A stretch of 64,000 bases of DNA, taken from assembly GCA_964187785.1 (NCBI GenBank), contig OZ076409.1:26848001-26912000 (forward strand), given 5' to 3'. Positions within the stretch are counted from its first letter, which is position 1; each line of letters starts with the position of its first letter. Below, piece after piece: positions 25,160 to 38,500 of the stretch. The notes beneath the pieces are model-generated. The model searched no databases and was not told the DNA's origin. It saw only the letters and a list, made by a program, of their open reading frames with translations. The stretch comes from Amphiscolops sp. MND2022. Lineage: Eukaryota. A program made the translations under genes and the position numbers.

Positions 25160-25690
25160 TGTTGGCGATAACGCAAGATCGGAATGAAAAATAATAGTGA
25201 AATTAGAGTTTGAATTTTAACTTAGTTTTAAGGAATGTTAGTTTGTTATGATCTATTTTAAAAGAGATTCTTACAAAGATTTATGCACCTGCATTTGTTT
25301 ATAAACAACTAGGAAAGGGGGTTTCCTAAGGGTCTGGGGTTCTGGTTCAAAGTCAGATAGGGTTAATTTTTTATATATATATTAACCCTATATTTAATGT
25401 CAAAAATGCACCATTAAATTGGTTCAATCTGAGTTTCTCAGAATTCAGTTCATATTAGATGCTTGGTTTCTGATGTAACAATTGGTTCTTGGTTGTGGGT
25501 TATCTGAGTTGAAGGTTAGAGTTGACGTTTCAATTGGTAGGCTGGGCAGGTACTTGGTTTCAGTTCGTTTAATCTTGGTTGTTTAAATTGAGAGGCTGCT
25601 TGGTTGTTACTGTTATCTTTGTTGACGGTGTTACGAAAGTTTTTGTTACATAACATTTTGGTGAGTACAGCTTTTCATTGAATGTCAACA
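25160..25690 (-). repeat. copia 5' LTR (531 bp)
   Basis: Near-identical to 16296-16825; followed on the plus strand by the TSD CTATT. Confidence 0.97.
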
Positions 25691-26519
25691 CTATTGATTT
25701 TTCAGGTCAGACAATTGCGCAATTGCAACGTATAACAGTAACGGAAGTCACAAACATCATCACTGTAATAAATCAAATACTACCATCAACCTATAAAATA
25801 AACTATATGACTTATCTCTTTGAAGGTATCAAGTCATTATAGTTAAAAGGTATAGAAGACAACGGTAAAATGACAGTATCAGAGACAAAATCAATATAAA
25901 ACGTTAAATTTGATAACGCGTGATTCTTCGACTTGCAGGCTACTTAAAATAGCAACATATACATATAATGCATATAACCTTATATATATAGTAGCGACGG
26001 AATTTGGAATCTCTAGTCACGCAGATGTGACGTTACAGAACATCTTTCCATATACCGAGCTGTATTGGTGTTATTAACGCATTGTTGACGTCACAAAAAC
26101 TATTCCAATTAGGTCAACACACTGAAATTGATCAAAATAATTGCTTTCTAAATTAAGCGCCTGGAGCTGACTATGATAGGACTACTGGGAAAAATGAAGG
26201 CTGTATTCGTGTTTTTTGTACATTCACCTGTTTCTTTCAACGACGGGAATTTTTATTCCCAGAGTGAAACTCTTTGTTTTGGGGGATGAGTGCTTCAAGT
26301 AATTGGTGTTTCGCAGGGCGATCCGATTGCTAAGGAAACCATTCCTTGTTTCTATGATAAGGTAAACGAACGTTCTTCAATGGCAGTCTCCCTCAAGTTG
26401 GTCTGAATGCTCGCTCTTCCGTTAAACTCTGTGATTCTTACCTCCATAAAATGGGCAGTTTCAAAATGTAAGTCACGATTTATATTTTTTTGCGCAATGA
26501 ATGAGAATCCATTAACAGT

Positions 26520-28040
26520 TCTTCCCAATTACCGGATTCCTGCCCCAGTCGTCCAATGTCAACCTCCCGTCCCCTGAAAAAAGAGTTCGGGTAACAGCGC
26601 TTTCATGTTAAAGAAATGCTGTATTTCATCAACGTTTTTGTACCTTTCAAAAAAACCTGTTTCACTATCACCAGGGTTCTTGAAAACTATGAAAAAACAG
26701 TACGAGACAGCTTTTCTGAAATAAGTAACGTGAACATTGACACTTTCGTCGGTTGTTAGTTGACTCTGTAAGCGGAAATATGCGGTCTTGAGGTTTCATC
26801 TACAATATTGTTAGCTCTTCCTGCCTTTTTGTCCGCAGGGGCTGGATCGAGTGACTTCTCAGCAACCATTTTCTCGGAAATCTTAAGAGAGGTTCCGTTC
26901 ATGAAAGTGGTTGAGAAAAGGCTAAGTTTGACGAGTGAAGAGAATAGTCCCCTCGACGGGATTCAAAAAAATCAGACTCAACCTTTTCATGTCCGAGCGG
27001 CTCAAGAATTGAAATCCAGAGCGGAAGAATGTCGGTAAAAATTTCAACTCTCAACAGCGCGAGTTATTGTCCCAGTGATTAAACGTGATTAAACGTGACA
27101 ACTAGCACCCAAACACGTTGAGATGTGAAAAGTCACGCTCGCACCCGTGAAATAAACATCTCAAAAGGAGTCGTCTTGCCTTGTGCAGAATGGATTGATT
27201 TGTTTTTCAGGTAGACGGCAGTTGAAAGAGCAAAAGGTCAGAGCTTCTTTGGAACTCCTACAATTGCCATCATGCATAGCGTCATGCCAGTCACAGTGCC
27301 CCTTGTTGGCTCAATTTTGCCGTTTTCCCCGAATGTGTATGGAGCCGAAAACAACTCATGTTTGATGCCATTGGATGTGCACAGGTCATTGAACTGCTTC
27401 AATTTGAACTCGAGAGCCCCGACTGGTACTTGGCTTGCCAAAATCGATATAGAAACGTTGCATTTGCGATCAATTCATCATTTGACTGCAATGGGTACAC
27501 TGCCCCGAAACGGTTGTAGCTGTCGATGAAGCCCACCGCATAGCGAAAGCCATCGTGAGACTCCTGCTGAATGAGTCCGAGTACGTCTGTGTGAACGACA
27601 GCCAATTTCGTTTTTGCCCGAGTGCCCCATGTCTTTGAAATGAATGCCCGCTTCGCCTTCTCAGTAGAACAGATGTTGCAGTTCGTCTTCGTTTCAGAGC
27701 CCAGGATCTTCATGCCCATGACCCTTGTCTGTCAATCACTTCACAGACACCAGATTCTTTGCCGTAGGATGGCACCCAGAAGGCATACTCAGTTCAAACT
27801 GTTCAACGTCCTCTGATCTTTGAACGACGGACGGTAGCATTACATACGTCTGCAGAAAACCCTCGTCCAGATCTGAGAAGAGCTCCTTGTTCTTGATGAT
27901 GAAGCTGTTGCACTCGGTGTCAATGAGAAGCTCAAAGCTCCCGTTGTCGTAGCATCAAGGCCCGGAAACCACCTAAACTAAAGAAGTCCCCTGACCAATG
28001 GTTGCTGGATTGACCCGAGACTCATCCCCGACATTGAAAC
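26520..28040 (-). mobile_element. Heavily decayed second Ty1/copia family (protease and integrase remnants)
   Basis: 'ELLIDTECNSFIIKNKEL' (~27880-27935), 'CNICSTEK...VHTDVLG...FRYAVGFIDSY' (27399-27719), 'GIKHELFSAPYTFGENGKIE' (27238-27441). Boundaries uncertain. Confidence 0.75.
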
Positions 28041-28197
28041 AGGCTAGGTAGGAATGAAGACCTGAATTGGGATTGATTAGGTATATCAGGCTTAGTGTAT
28101 GTATTTACTTTTGCAATTGTTGGTAGAAGTGGCTCAGCAGGCGTGGTAGAGCTGGTAGAAGTTCAGGAATATAAAACATTGTGACAGGTACCTGTCA

Positions 28198-28986
28198 GGG
28201 GAGCCGGACGATTGGTCGACAACGTTTTGGAGGCTTGGACGATTCATCGACACGTTTACCAAATCGGCGGCGGAAGCTTGGATAGAATCAAGTTGCGCGA
28301 ATATGCAATCTGTTACTGAGATCGAAGTAAAATGGTCGGAGAAAATGAGATCGAATCAATGTTTTCAAATACCTAGCGTTCTCAAACAACAATACCTTTG
28401 GCCCTCAAACATGCCCCCATTTTTTCTAGTGCCCCGCGGCACCTTGGGGCCGCTTATGTTTCCATCTTGCTAAGCAAAGTTGAACTGGACAAAAAAGAGC
28501 AAAAACCTAGCGGGAACGGTGATGGCGAGCCGATCGTAGTGGGAGCTGGTCTCTGCGACGATGATGGTGAGAGCGCATACACAGAATGTGACCCATAGCA
28601 GGTGGGGGGAAAACCTGATATGTTTTAAATGCTTCTAAACGCTTTGTAGGGGTGAAAACCTAGCAAAATTGGAAGCATTTGATCTCAACATTGCCATCCA
28701 CTTTTGATTTCGCTTTCCGATAACACAAACCTCCGATCTCAAAATACCCCATCTACCAATTCCTCGACAAACTTGTCAACCCGTCGTTCAAAAAGTTTTG
28801 TTGGTCAAAACTTGGATTTATTTGTGCTGTTTGTCGACCAGTTGTCCAATCTTTTCAGGACAAGCTTTTGGTTGTCGACCTCCGTATGAATGAAGCGTTT
28901 TGCCGACCAATTGTCCAAATGAGTTATCCAGTTAGTTGTGTGAAAAATGTGTATAAAGCGTTTTATCGACCAATCGCACAGGGCCC
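28198..28986. mobile_element. Non-autonomous TIR element with 'gacgattggtcgac'-type subterminal repeats (Mutator-like?), carrying the shared 190-bp module
   Basis: Left end 'ggggagccggacgattggtcgacaac' versus reverse-complemented right end 'gggccctgtgcgattggtcgataaa'; several 'tcgacca.ttgtcc' repeats near the right end. TSD not found. Confidence 0.55.
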
Positions 28987-29330
28987 ACAGAACATTGATA
29001 ATTTTTTCTTTTGCTTTTAAAAATCCTATTTTTCTCATTCGAAGAAATAATAATTCAAAATTCTTCAAAATTTTCATTTTCTGTAAATCTTCCCAATCTT
29101 TGATAATGATCAATTACTTTTCTGTCTCATTGCTGTTTGTTTTCCTATCGCAAACGCAGGTTGGGTGCCATCTCACTGTAACATGATGACCCACTTGGCA
29201 CAAGGTTAATAGCAACGATCCATGTCATGTGAGAGAAGTGACAAGTCGGGAACGGCCCAAGTCGGCGCCATATCTACGGGTCAACAAATTGGGAACGTTG
29301 GGAAAAAAACGATGATGCTCCTCGAGAAAT

Positions 29331-29453
29331 GAAAACGTTACATCCGAACTTTGAAAATGTTTTATCCGAATTTTGAAAACGTTACATCGGAACTGTGAAA
29401 ACGTTATATTCGATCTTTGGAAAAGATATCTCCGCTGTTTGAAACTGTTTATA
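29331..29453 (+). repeat. 22-bp tandem array (gaaaacgttacatccgaacttt) inside a dispersed repeat; appears to resume at 59639-59725
   Basis: About 5.5 degenerate 22-bp units here and about 4 more at 59639-59725; a shorter version at ~8556-8596. Confidence 0.8.
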
Positions 29454-29523
29454 GCGATCCACTAAACTATCTAGACACTAAAGCAAAGGTTTAGATTTGA
29501 CAAAATTCCAACCTTTGCTTCCA

Positions 29524-30971
29524 TGTTTATCAAACCCATCCAAACAAAAGGCAGTACAAAGAATATTGAAAATTATTGCCCCGTTGCCAGTCTATCAAAC
29601 CTGTGCCTTTGCTTTGAGAGATTACTGTTCTGAAAGCTGTATCCAATTTTGGATTCTCAAATTTTCAATAACCAACATGGTTTTTTTGAAACGGAAGTAT
29701 ACATCAACTCAACTCCTCGTCCAGTTAAAACTTCTTCAGGACGCTTTTGAAATTAGGTAAGATCTTTATACCTTGTATATGGACTTTTCAAAAGCATTCG
29801 ACAGAGTATGTCATCAAATACTTCTGAAAATCTACGAACTTTCGGCCTTGGTTGTAACTTGTTGAAGCTGAGGTCTCACCTCCAAAATCGAAGACAGCGG
29901 GTAATCGTCAATGATTATGCCTCAGAGTTTGAAAATATTATGAGTGGAGTCCCACCAGGCTCAATTTTGGGGCGTCTATTATTCATTATTTTCATTAACG
30001 ATCTACAAGAATGCTGCACAAAGTCTCACGTTCTCATATTTGCAGATGATACAAAGGAAACAACTAAATGTTCTTATGAACTTCAAAATGATCTTATTCG
30101 ACTACATGATTGGGCATTTGAAAATAAAATGGTTTTTAATGCTGATAAAACAAAGCTCATATGGTTCTCTTTAGAAGAGCCAGATGTAAAAGCACAACCA
30201 ATATTAGTCTTCGAGGATGAAGACGTTTCATTCGCCTTCGAACCGGTCAAGGATCTTGGTATCGTTTTGGTTTCAACCCTCTGCTAGACCCCCCACCTTG
30301 AAAAAAGAATACATGATGCCTACGGCCGTTTTATCAATCTCAAAAGAAGTCTCCCAAGCTTATCTCAACTCAACAAAAAGCTCTTGCCTACCAAACCTAC
30401 ATTCAACCATTCCTTATGTATGGCTCTCAAATCTGGTTTCAAAATAAGACAAATGTTGAGAAGCTCGAAAAATTTCAAAGCTCTGTTACCAGGTCGATGT
30501 CTCGTGGGACATTTAAAAAACCGTTTGATTCTTTTGAATCGTCTGCCAATTTCGCTTTTGTTTCAGCTCTCTGTCATCGTCTTCTTGTACTATATGATGA
30601 CTCATGTTGATGAGTTCAAATTCCAGCCTGAACATTGATGACCTGTTCGATTCGAGAAAACACATGTTCAACTACCAACTTCGTCCCACAACACACTTCA
30701 TACAACAAAAGCCAAGCCGATTGCAAACTATCGAAACATTTTTCTTCACGAGAGCCCCGAATTTAGGGCATTTCTTTAAGCAAATAATGCTTTTAAACTT
30801 CGAGCTGAGCAAATATGAATTCGAGAAGGAACTTAAGTAAATTTGTTGCAGCTTATCCTTGAATTTTTATGATAGAAACCCTTGTGCTCGTTTCCTGAAA
30901 TGCTATTGTTGTTTAATGTGATATTTGGAGCATCTTATTCTGGTTATGTTATGATGAACATAATTCAAGTC
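29524..30971 (+). mobile_element. 5'-truncated, decayed CR1/L2-type LINE (RT only), inserted into a tRNA-like repeat
   Basis: 'YMDFSKAFDRV', 'SGVPPGSILGRLLFIIFIND...IFADDTK', 'PVKDLGIV', 'MYGSQIW'; flanked by the two halves of the ~155-bp unit seen intact at 52496-52650. Confidence 0.85.
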
Positions 30972-31189
30972 TTCTTTCAAGTCGCGACTTGACGTGCTGA
31001 CCATCACACTACAGCTCCCATCTTTGAGCAATCAGTCCAGACTTATCAACCAAATTAGTGCATGCTATGTTACTCCTTTTTCAAAGGAGGTCCTATCTCG
31101 CTGTCACTAAGGACAACATTCGGTCCGAGCAACCCATGCTCTTATCAGAAAAGCCTAATTGTTGTGATAAACTTATTAATTAGGTTGTG

Positions 31190-31980
31190 ATGCCTCCAAA
31201 AAGACAGGCAAAGCAGACAAACAGCAAAAGTGCAACTACTGACCTCCTACCCTGTGCAAAAGAATCGTGTGGAAAATGTGATGTGGAGGTAGTTGACGGG
31301 GATTCAGCCCTGACTTGTGAACAATGCCTCAGGTACTTCCACGGGGTCTGCTTGGGCGTCAACAATGATGTGGTGACAGCAATGGGGAAGCTCCCTGGGT
31401 GCTACTGGTTCTGTCAAGAGTGTGATGGACCTCAGCGGGCTCATGTGGATCTGCCAAAAAAAACTGAAAAGGTAAGTAAAATGGTTTCTCATTTGAATAC
31501 ATTAGTAGCAGGGATTCCTTTTTTAGAGATACCAAAAACTCCTGATTCATCGACTGCTAAAATAATGAATGTAATGACTGACGATTATAAATGTCAAGTA
31601 CGTATCTCTGGCAATGAAGAAACTCCTGAAAACACTGCATCAAAGCAGATGATTAAAGATCAGGTTCAAAATGAAGAAGTCCTTGAGAAAATTGACTGTT
31701 CCTTCCCGATTAAAGGTGTACGACGAATGGGCCGCGATTATCCAGGACGCAAACGGAAAGTTTTAATAACATTCCAATCACCATGGGATGCACGGCTCGT
31801 CATTGACAAAGCGAAATAACCTCAGGAACACAAAGTACTGATTACTCCTGGGTTTCCGAAAGAAGACGCATTGCGAGAGAAAACGCTCCTGCAAAAAAAT
31901 ATGAAATGATACAGAATGGCACTGATTCATAAACGTTGAAAAATAGAAAACTTAAACTCTACCAAAATGGCAAGAAGGTT
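31190..31980 (+). pseudogene. LINE ORF1 with N-terminal PHD finger
   Basis: 'CAKESCGKC...CEQCLRYFHGVC...WFCQEC' followed by the RRM-like 'VRISG...VRRMGR...RKVLITF'; stop at 31819 with degenerate continuation. Confidence 0.85.
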
Positions 31981-34084
31981 CAAATTGAATGGCTCACAAA
32001 GTTGGAAGAAAAAGTTTTGTAAAATTCTCTACTCGAATGTGCAAGGTCTCTTATCGTTCCAAAAATGTATCGACTCACAGAAGCTTTATCTGACTGGTTC
32101 ATATGATTTGATGCTGTTCTGCGAAACCTGGTTTGACGAGAATGTTGAATCGATTATAATTCCTAATGACATCCCAACAGTTCTGAATCGAGCGGATCGG
32201 AAGGATGGTTCACATGGTGGTGTGGTGATATGCTCGAATACTTTGGATACATCTCCGGTCAAAACAAAATTCGACTTCGGTTGTGCAGTTGTTTTTCACA
32301 ACTGCTTAGTGATAGTTATTTATAATCCTCCCCTGACCACCAAATACCGGGTAATGGATAAACATCTCCTCGATTTTATTAAATCGGTTATTTGCAATGC
32401 TTTTTGGTCGGTCGAGAAAAATATCTTAGTGTTAGGCGATTTCAATATTCTTCGATTAATTGGGCACTCTTTTCCGCTCAAATTCCTGATGAGTATTCCG
32501 AAGTTTTCAATTTCTTCATTCACAATGGCTTTGATCAATTAATTCATCAAACGACCAATGACGGACAAAAATCTTGACCTTTGTTTCGCAAACTTAGACA
32601 TTCAATCATTTTCTGTGTCGGAAAAAAACTTCCAATCTGACCACGTAGGAATAACTATTGGTTTAGAAACTCTTCATCTTAAAAAGTGGGAAATGCCTCA
32701 ATCCAACTCAACCTTCTCCCTTACTCCAGATGCGGTGGAAAACATAAAGCTTGACCTATCTGACAATATATTTTCAATGGTACAGTCAAATTCCGAATCT
32801 AGTTAGAGCCAGAACTGGTTCGGTAATTTCAACGAATATTCTCAAGAAGCACATGAGAAAAAAACGTCAAAAGCGTTTGAGTCTACCTTTCTATTACACT
32901 TCTCATTCGATTCACCTTTATAATCAAATGAAAGCCCTTGCGTCTTCAACTAAAAATTACAACATATCAAAATTTATGTCCGTGAAAAAAGACCTCTTGT
33001 ACTCTATTGAGTTGGATATTCATTGTTTTGTAAACCATTTTGTTAGTAACAACACGAGAATGCATGACTGTTGTAATTTATTCAGATCTTTCAAAACTTC
33101 TTCGTCCTATCCCTCAAAAATTACATGGGAGAAAAAGAAATTCTCTGGTAAATCTGAAATTGCAAATGCCTTCAACGACTTCTTCTTTTGCCAATATCAA
33201 CAATGTTCAACTATCAAAAAATTCAACAACTTCGATGAATTAGAATTGAATGATGTTGAAATCACTCTAGATGAAATATACCCAGTTCTAAAATGTTGCA
33301 CAAATGGAAATGGACCGCATGGTCTTTCTGGGTTTCTACTGCGACAGATTTCAAACGAATTTAGCATTCATTTTCTTAAATTGGCAGAACACATTCTCAG
33401 TTTATCAGTTTTCACTGCAAGCTGGAAAACAACTTTCATTAGACCAATGCAGAAAAAGAAATGTAAAACGTTATTCGAAAATTGTAGACCTGTAGCATCT
33501 TTATCCCGTCTTTCAAATTGTTTTGAACGGCTCCTATATAAAAAACTTTATCCCCACTGTTCAAAAAAGATATCCCATTTACAGCATGGGTTCATGAAAC
33601 GCAAATCGATACAATCGCAATTGTTAATTCACTTAGATTACATACACAACAACCTCGACAGAGGAGATGAAGTTTTCACAGTTTATCTTGACTTCAGCAA
33701 AGCGTTTGATCGTGTTGATCATGAGATTTTATTGAAAAAAGTTGCCAGTTTTGGGATTGGTGGCAGTATACTCAAACTCTTGAAAAGTTATCTCGAAGAT
33801 CGTGAACAACGAGTTAAAATTGACGACTGTCTCTCAACTGCCCTTTCAATCAAAAGTGGTGTCACCCAAGGCTCTGTTATTGGACCTTCAATTTTTTTTA
33901 AAATTCATCAATGATTTGCCTTGAGTTTGTGTCAACTCAATAATGCTACTCTTTGCAGACGATTCAAAAATCTCAAATGCTGATCCCATCGAACTCCAGA
34001 ATGATCTCATAAGGATTTATAACTGGGCGAATGCAAATAAAATGGAATTCAATAACACGAAAACTGAACTGCTATGGTTTACAC
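31967..34084 (+). pseudogene. LINE ORF2, 5' part (APE endonuclease and RT), frameshifted
   Basis: APE 'YSNVQG...ETW...HGGV...YNPP...GDFN...LDL...SDH'; RT 'RPVASLS...QHGF...YLDFSKAFDRVDH...SGVTQGSVIGP'. Confidence 0.9.
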
Positions 34085-34485
34085 TGTGATGCCATGATGC
34101 ATGTCCTCAAAGATTCTATAAATTTGAAATACTCTGAACTCTTAACCAAACCAATTAGTAAATGTAATCTAATTTAGAAACTAAGAAACTTCATTTAATA
34201 GATCCTGTATCAAACTCCCCTGCTTCATCCTGTTGCTGTCACATTGTTAATTGATGTAACCTACCCTAGTTAATAGAATATATCTACTCCGAGAAATTGA
34301 GAATTCATCCTAGCAATCAGTCTTCCTCCCATACTTCAAGAACTGAGATCTCAGAAATAGATTGTACTCAGAACTAGCTAGCTACAGGATAAAAGATAAG
34401 ACGACTCTGTTGTTAAAATCTTAGACTTCTTATGTCAGTTCTAACTCTTCTAAAAGAAACCATCACACAACTTTTTAACAGCTCA
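34085..34485 (+). repeat. gypsy 5' LTR (401 bp)
   Basis: TGTGATGCC...AACAGCTCA; near-identical to 51490-51890. Confidence 0.96.
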
Positions 34486-34487
34486 AT

Positions 34488-34500
34488 TGGTGCGACCAAG
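34488..34500 (+). promoter_or_regulatory. Putative PBS (TGGTGCGACCAAG); cognate tRNA not determined
   Basis: TGG starts 2 nt after the LTR end, the canonical PBS position. Confidence 0.6.
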
Positions 34501-35176
34501 AAAATTCTTTTCTCTCTCCCATTTATTTCACACACCTACAATTGTTGTACTTCTTTCCTTGGCTTTCTCATACGCTATCTCTTTGTTCGACACACAGTTT
34601 CTCCACCTCTCAACATCGCCTATCGTTATTAACTTCAACGTTGCAACCAATTTCTATTTGAAATTGATCCGTGTTGCTATGGTTCTGACTGCGTTTCTCA
34701 ACGTAATTCCTGTCAGTCGTATTTCTTGGTTCTGACTACGTTTCTTGACGTAATTCCTGTCAGTAAATTTTTCGTTCCAACCACCACTGAGTGAATTCGT
34801 GTTGGCTTTTTCTCTCTCTTCCGTTCCAACTGCAGACGTGCGATACGTGTTGGCCCTTCTCCAGTGCTATCCAGCGATACCTGCTAGTAGAAATCTCTTT
34901 GGTTCTAGCCGCTTGGATCAACTTTAAAGTTGGCACACATATTTAACACATATTTTCTACATAACATATTTATAATACCTTCTTATTCTCTCTTCTATTG
35001 TACAAACAGCATACAAAACTCTTTTAACACTAGCTTACGGATCCAAATACATAACAATTAAGATATATAACACATACATCACATATTTCTTTATATAACT
35101 TTCATTTTTATACACATATATATAACAAATTTTTGTACAACTTCTTTTACATACTCTTAATAAAACTTTATTGTAC

Positions 35177-35275
35177 ATGCCGCCTTCAGTAGACACTATA
35201 GTTAAACTTATTGTCTGCTTTTGGTTCTTTGTTGCTATCATTGCTGGTCTTGCACTTTTTCTGGACAAATTCTAA
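35177..35275 (+). CDS. Small hydrophobic ORF (32 aa) in the gypsy leader
   Basis: MPPSVDTIVKLIVCFWFFVAIIAGLALFLDKF*, a single TM-like stretch read directly from the sequence. Confidence 0.35.
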   Translation: MPPSVDTIVKLIVCFWFFVAIIAGLALFLDKF

Positions 35276-35318
35276 ATTTCATTCATACCAAAATTTTGAA
35301 GTACAACCTTTTTCTTCT

Positions 35319-35558
35319 ATGTTAACAAGTATAGTACTACCTCTTTTTGGACTACTTAGTATCTACCACACTTTCCATATACTTATCCAATATATACAAA
35401 ACCCATTCCTTCTTTTCATAAGTATTGCACTTACTATTTTCTTACAAGTTGCTTTCATAGATCAAATTTTACCATATAACTCACAATTCAATACAAGATA
35501 TCTTCTTTTTCGATACATCTATCCTTCATGGCAATCTTATTGTACTAATCAAACTTAA
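35319..35558 (+). CDS. Small hydrophobic ORF (79 aa, about two TM segments) in the gypsy leader
   Basis: MLTSIVLPLFGLLSIYHTFHILIQYIQNPFLLFISIALTIFLQVAFIDQ...; its stop lies 10 nt before the ATG at 35568. Confidence 0.35.
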   Translation: MLTSIVLPLFGLLSIYHTFHILIQYIQNPFLLFISIALTIFLQVAFIDQILPYNSQFNTRYLLFRYIYPSWQSYCTNQT

Positions 35559-35567
35559 TATCATTTA

Positions 35568-38500
35568 ATGCTCCCCACTCCATTTACAGTCACTACTGAC
35601 AAAAGACAAAATCGATCTCTTATACAAGATGTAACACCTTTTCTACAAAACATTATCTTTCAGTACACTAACCCACTTCCATTTGAAACAGAACCCCATA
35701 TATTACATACTATTCCATTAGTACGAGAACATTGTGATTCTTATCCACTATATTATATCCACTATAAAACACTTGACATTACACCATCACAAACTCCTTT
35801 TCAAGTTATTTTTAACCCTGTTAAAGGAATAAACTCCGGAACATTTTATAGAACTATACACCCACAGAATTTTACACTTTCTATACAAGATGTTTTTCAC
35901 ACATACATGCAAAAACTCATTGAATTCAATGAACACCAAGACACACCACTTTATCGTCCTTCTCATTTACAAGAACTAAAACACCTATCTGAATATTTCG
36001 AGGTCCCCGATCTTGACACGAAAGTTCAAAGACATGATAACCCTCATTATTGGTTACAACGAGATATATTACAAATAAAACATTTCCAGTTCAAATTCTT
36101 TGCAAAAATTATCCTTACAGATGACACTATACCTCAAGTCAAAATTTTTACGCATTTCTTATTAAAGTTCCTTAGATTTAACTATCAACTACTTTGGGAA
36201 CAAAAAGACCAAAAAGCTTATATTAACTTCCCTCAAGCACTAACACATATAAAACTCCTACCATACATCATAAACAATGAAAACAAACATCTACATTACA
36301 TAGATCTTACTTCATTAAATGATACACATTTTGAACAAATAAACCTAGATCACAACTTTGTACTTGAACACTCTGAAACTTCAGATAACAGACCTTATAC
36401 TACATCTGATACTTCTCATACAACAACTCATAAAGAACACCTCTAATGTCCAACCTTCATATATGAGACAACAATCAGAACAATCAGAACAATCAGAACA
36501 AGAATCACCAACGCAAGAAACACTTGTTAACCTTTTTCAAAATCCTAATTCTCCTCCGAGACAACCACAATTACAAGTCTCTGATATACAACTCCCAAAT
36601 CCTTCTGAAACCAATACAATTCACAATACATCTGAATTCTCTGAAGAAACAGTACAAAATACACAAAGTTTTACAATAACGGATGATTCAAATCTTATAA
36701 TCATTCCTACCCACACTATCACCCAAAACGAAATTACAAACCAAAATTAAGACAACACCTCAAATACTAACCCAGACAATACCTCTGTTTTATCTACATC
36801 TAATACTACTATTACACACCCCTCTCACACACAAATACGATCTCCTCGAAATTATAATCCACCTTCTGTTCCACCTCAATTCTCAACTCAGATAAATACC
36901 CATAACTCTCCACAACAAAGCTCTTCAAATACACACTCTATTACACAGAACAATAATACAGTACATTTTCAAACACCAACTCCACCATCTTCTTCTGAAA
37001 TACAAACTTTAACTTATACTCCAGCTCAAACCAATTCAGTACAAACTACACAGCCTACCTTAAACATTAACACAATTCATTCCAATCCCTCCTCTAATTA
37101 TACCACAGCCAGACAACTTTCTCGACCTCCATTACAACCTATATTAACTAATCCATTATCATACAATCTTACCAGTACTAATCCAAGTCATACACAACAA
37201 TCTCAGATAAACTATAACACACACAACCAATTAAACACTCTTTCTTCCCAACATACATCCAATACAATCACTCCTACATTACAAACTTCCCAATTTCATA
37301 TACCAAATCCCCCTTCGACAACAATTAGAACTAACCCTCACTTTTATAGTACTTCAACTACATACAATAACCCCACATACAATACAACAACTCCATCTAC
37401 TATGTCTCATAACACTATGTCACACCCAACATATATTAACTCTTCTACTTCTATATCAGAACCCATTAAACCTTTTGATGGACTCGATCACAACTATACA
37501 CCTGAAGAATATTTACAACATATTGAAGCACGTGTTACATTTTCATTAGGTTTACAACCTACATTGGAACATGAATATAAATTTTGGCACGCCCGTCGCA
37601 TGGCTTTTATACAATGCTCTTTAACAGGTACAGCACTAAGCTGGTACATTCGTTTAAACGACACTTATAAACATGATTGGCACGCTTTTGTACAAGCTTT
37701 CAAAAAACAATTTTCCTCACAAAAGAACGCTTACTATGCTCAAGTTGAAGCCCTTAATTTAACAAAGAAAGACAATGAAACAGTACGTCATTTTGCACTC
37801 AAAGTTCAACAACTGGTTGAAAAAGGCTGGTGTAATGAGAATGCATCTACCATAAACCTTAAATGTAATGAAATCTTTACAAAAGGATTTCCAAAAAACC
37901 TTAAAGATTTTGCAAATAAAAGACAAGTAAAACACACCTCCACTGTCTTAGAACCTTCAATTCCTTTTCATACTTTGGTAAAACTTGTTGACGCCGAAGA
38001 TATTGCAAACGACAAAATCAGAACACACGATCTTGCACTTGAAATCAATAATATTACAAAACAATTGAACACTCAAACCCTAGATCACCCATCTCAAGAA
38101 CAACTTATGTGTACACAACCCAAAGACCCAAATAACAAAAATAAACCTGCATATAAAAAATATTGCTCATACTGTCATAGAACAAATCACTCCATTTCTG
38201 CTTGTTTCAAAAAACAACGAGATGACGAAGATAAACGAGAAGCATATGCTCGATCAAAATCTCCACAAAAATCATTCGTTCAGTACTTTCGTTCTCCTTC
38301 CAATGACAGAACAAAACACTATGATAATCGATACCGAAGTCGAAGCACTTCACGAGACAACTCTTATAACCAAAAATATTCACAAAATCGATACCGTTCT
38401 ACATCTCGAGATAGAGACAGATTTCGTTATGACAAATGTACTACTTCTCCACACTACTCCAGATCAAGATATGACACATACAAACGTGATTCTCGATGTT

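Larger units (their letters stand above)
16296..25690 (-). mobile_element. Full-length Ty1/copia LTR retrotransposon (inactivated; internal 2021-bp triplication)
   Basis: Paired TG...CA LTRs at 16296-16825 and 25160-25690, 5-bp TSD CTATT (16291-95, 25691-95), PBS and PPT present, gag-PR-IN-RT-RH order. Confidence 0.98.

Noticed and set aside
28182..28197. 16-bp perfect palindrome TGACAGGTACCTGTCA
   Set aside because: Single occurrence next to a TE end with no supporting context; possibly an excision footprint, but this cannot be tested here.
29331..29453. Regularly spaced 22-bp repeats as a CRISPR array
   Set aside because: Units are contiguous and degenerate with no unique spacers, no cas genes are present, and the context is eukaryotic.
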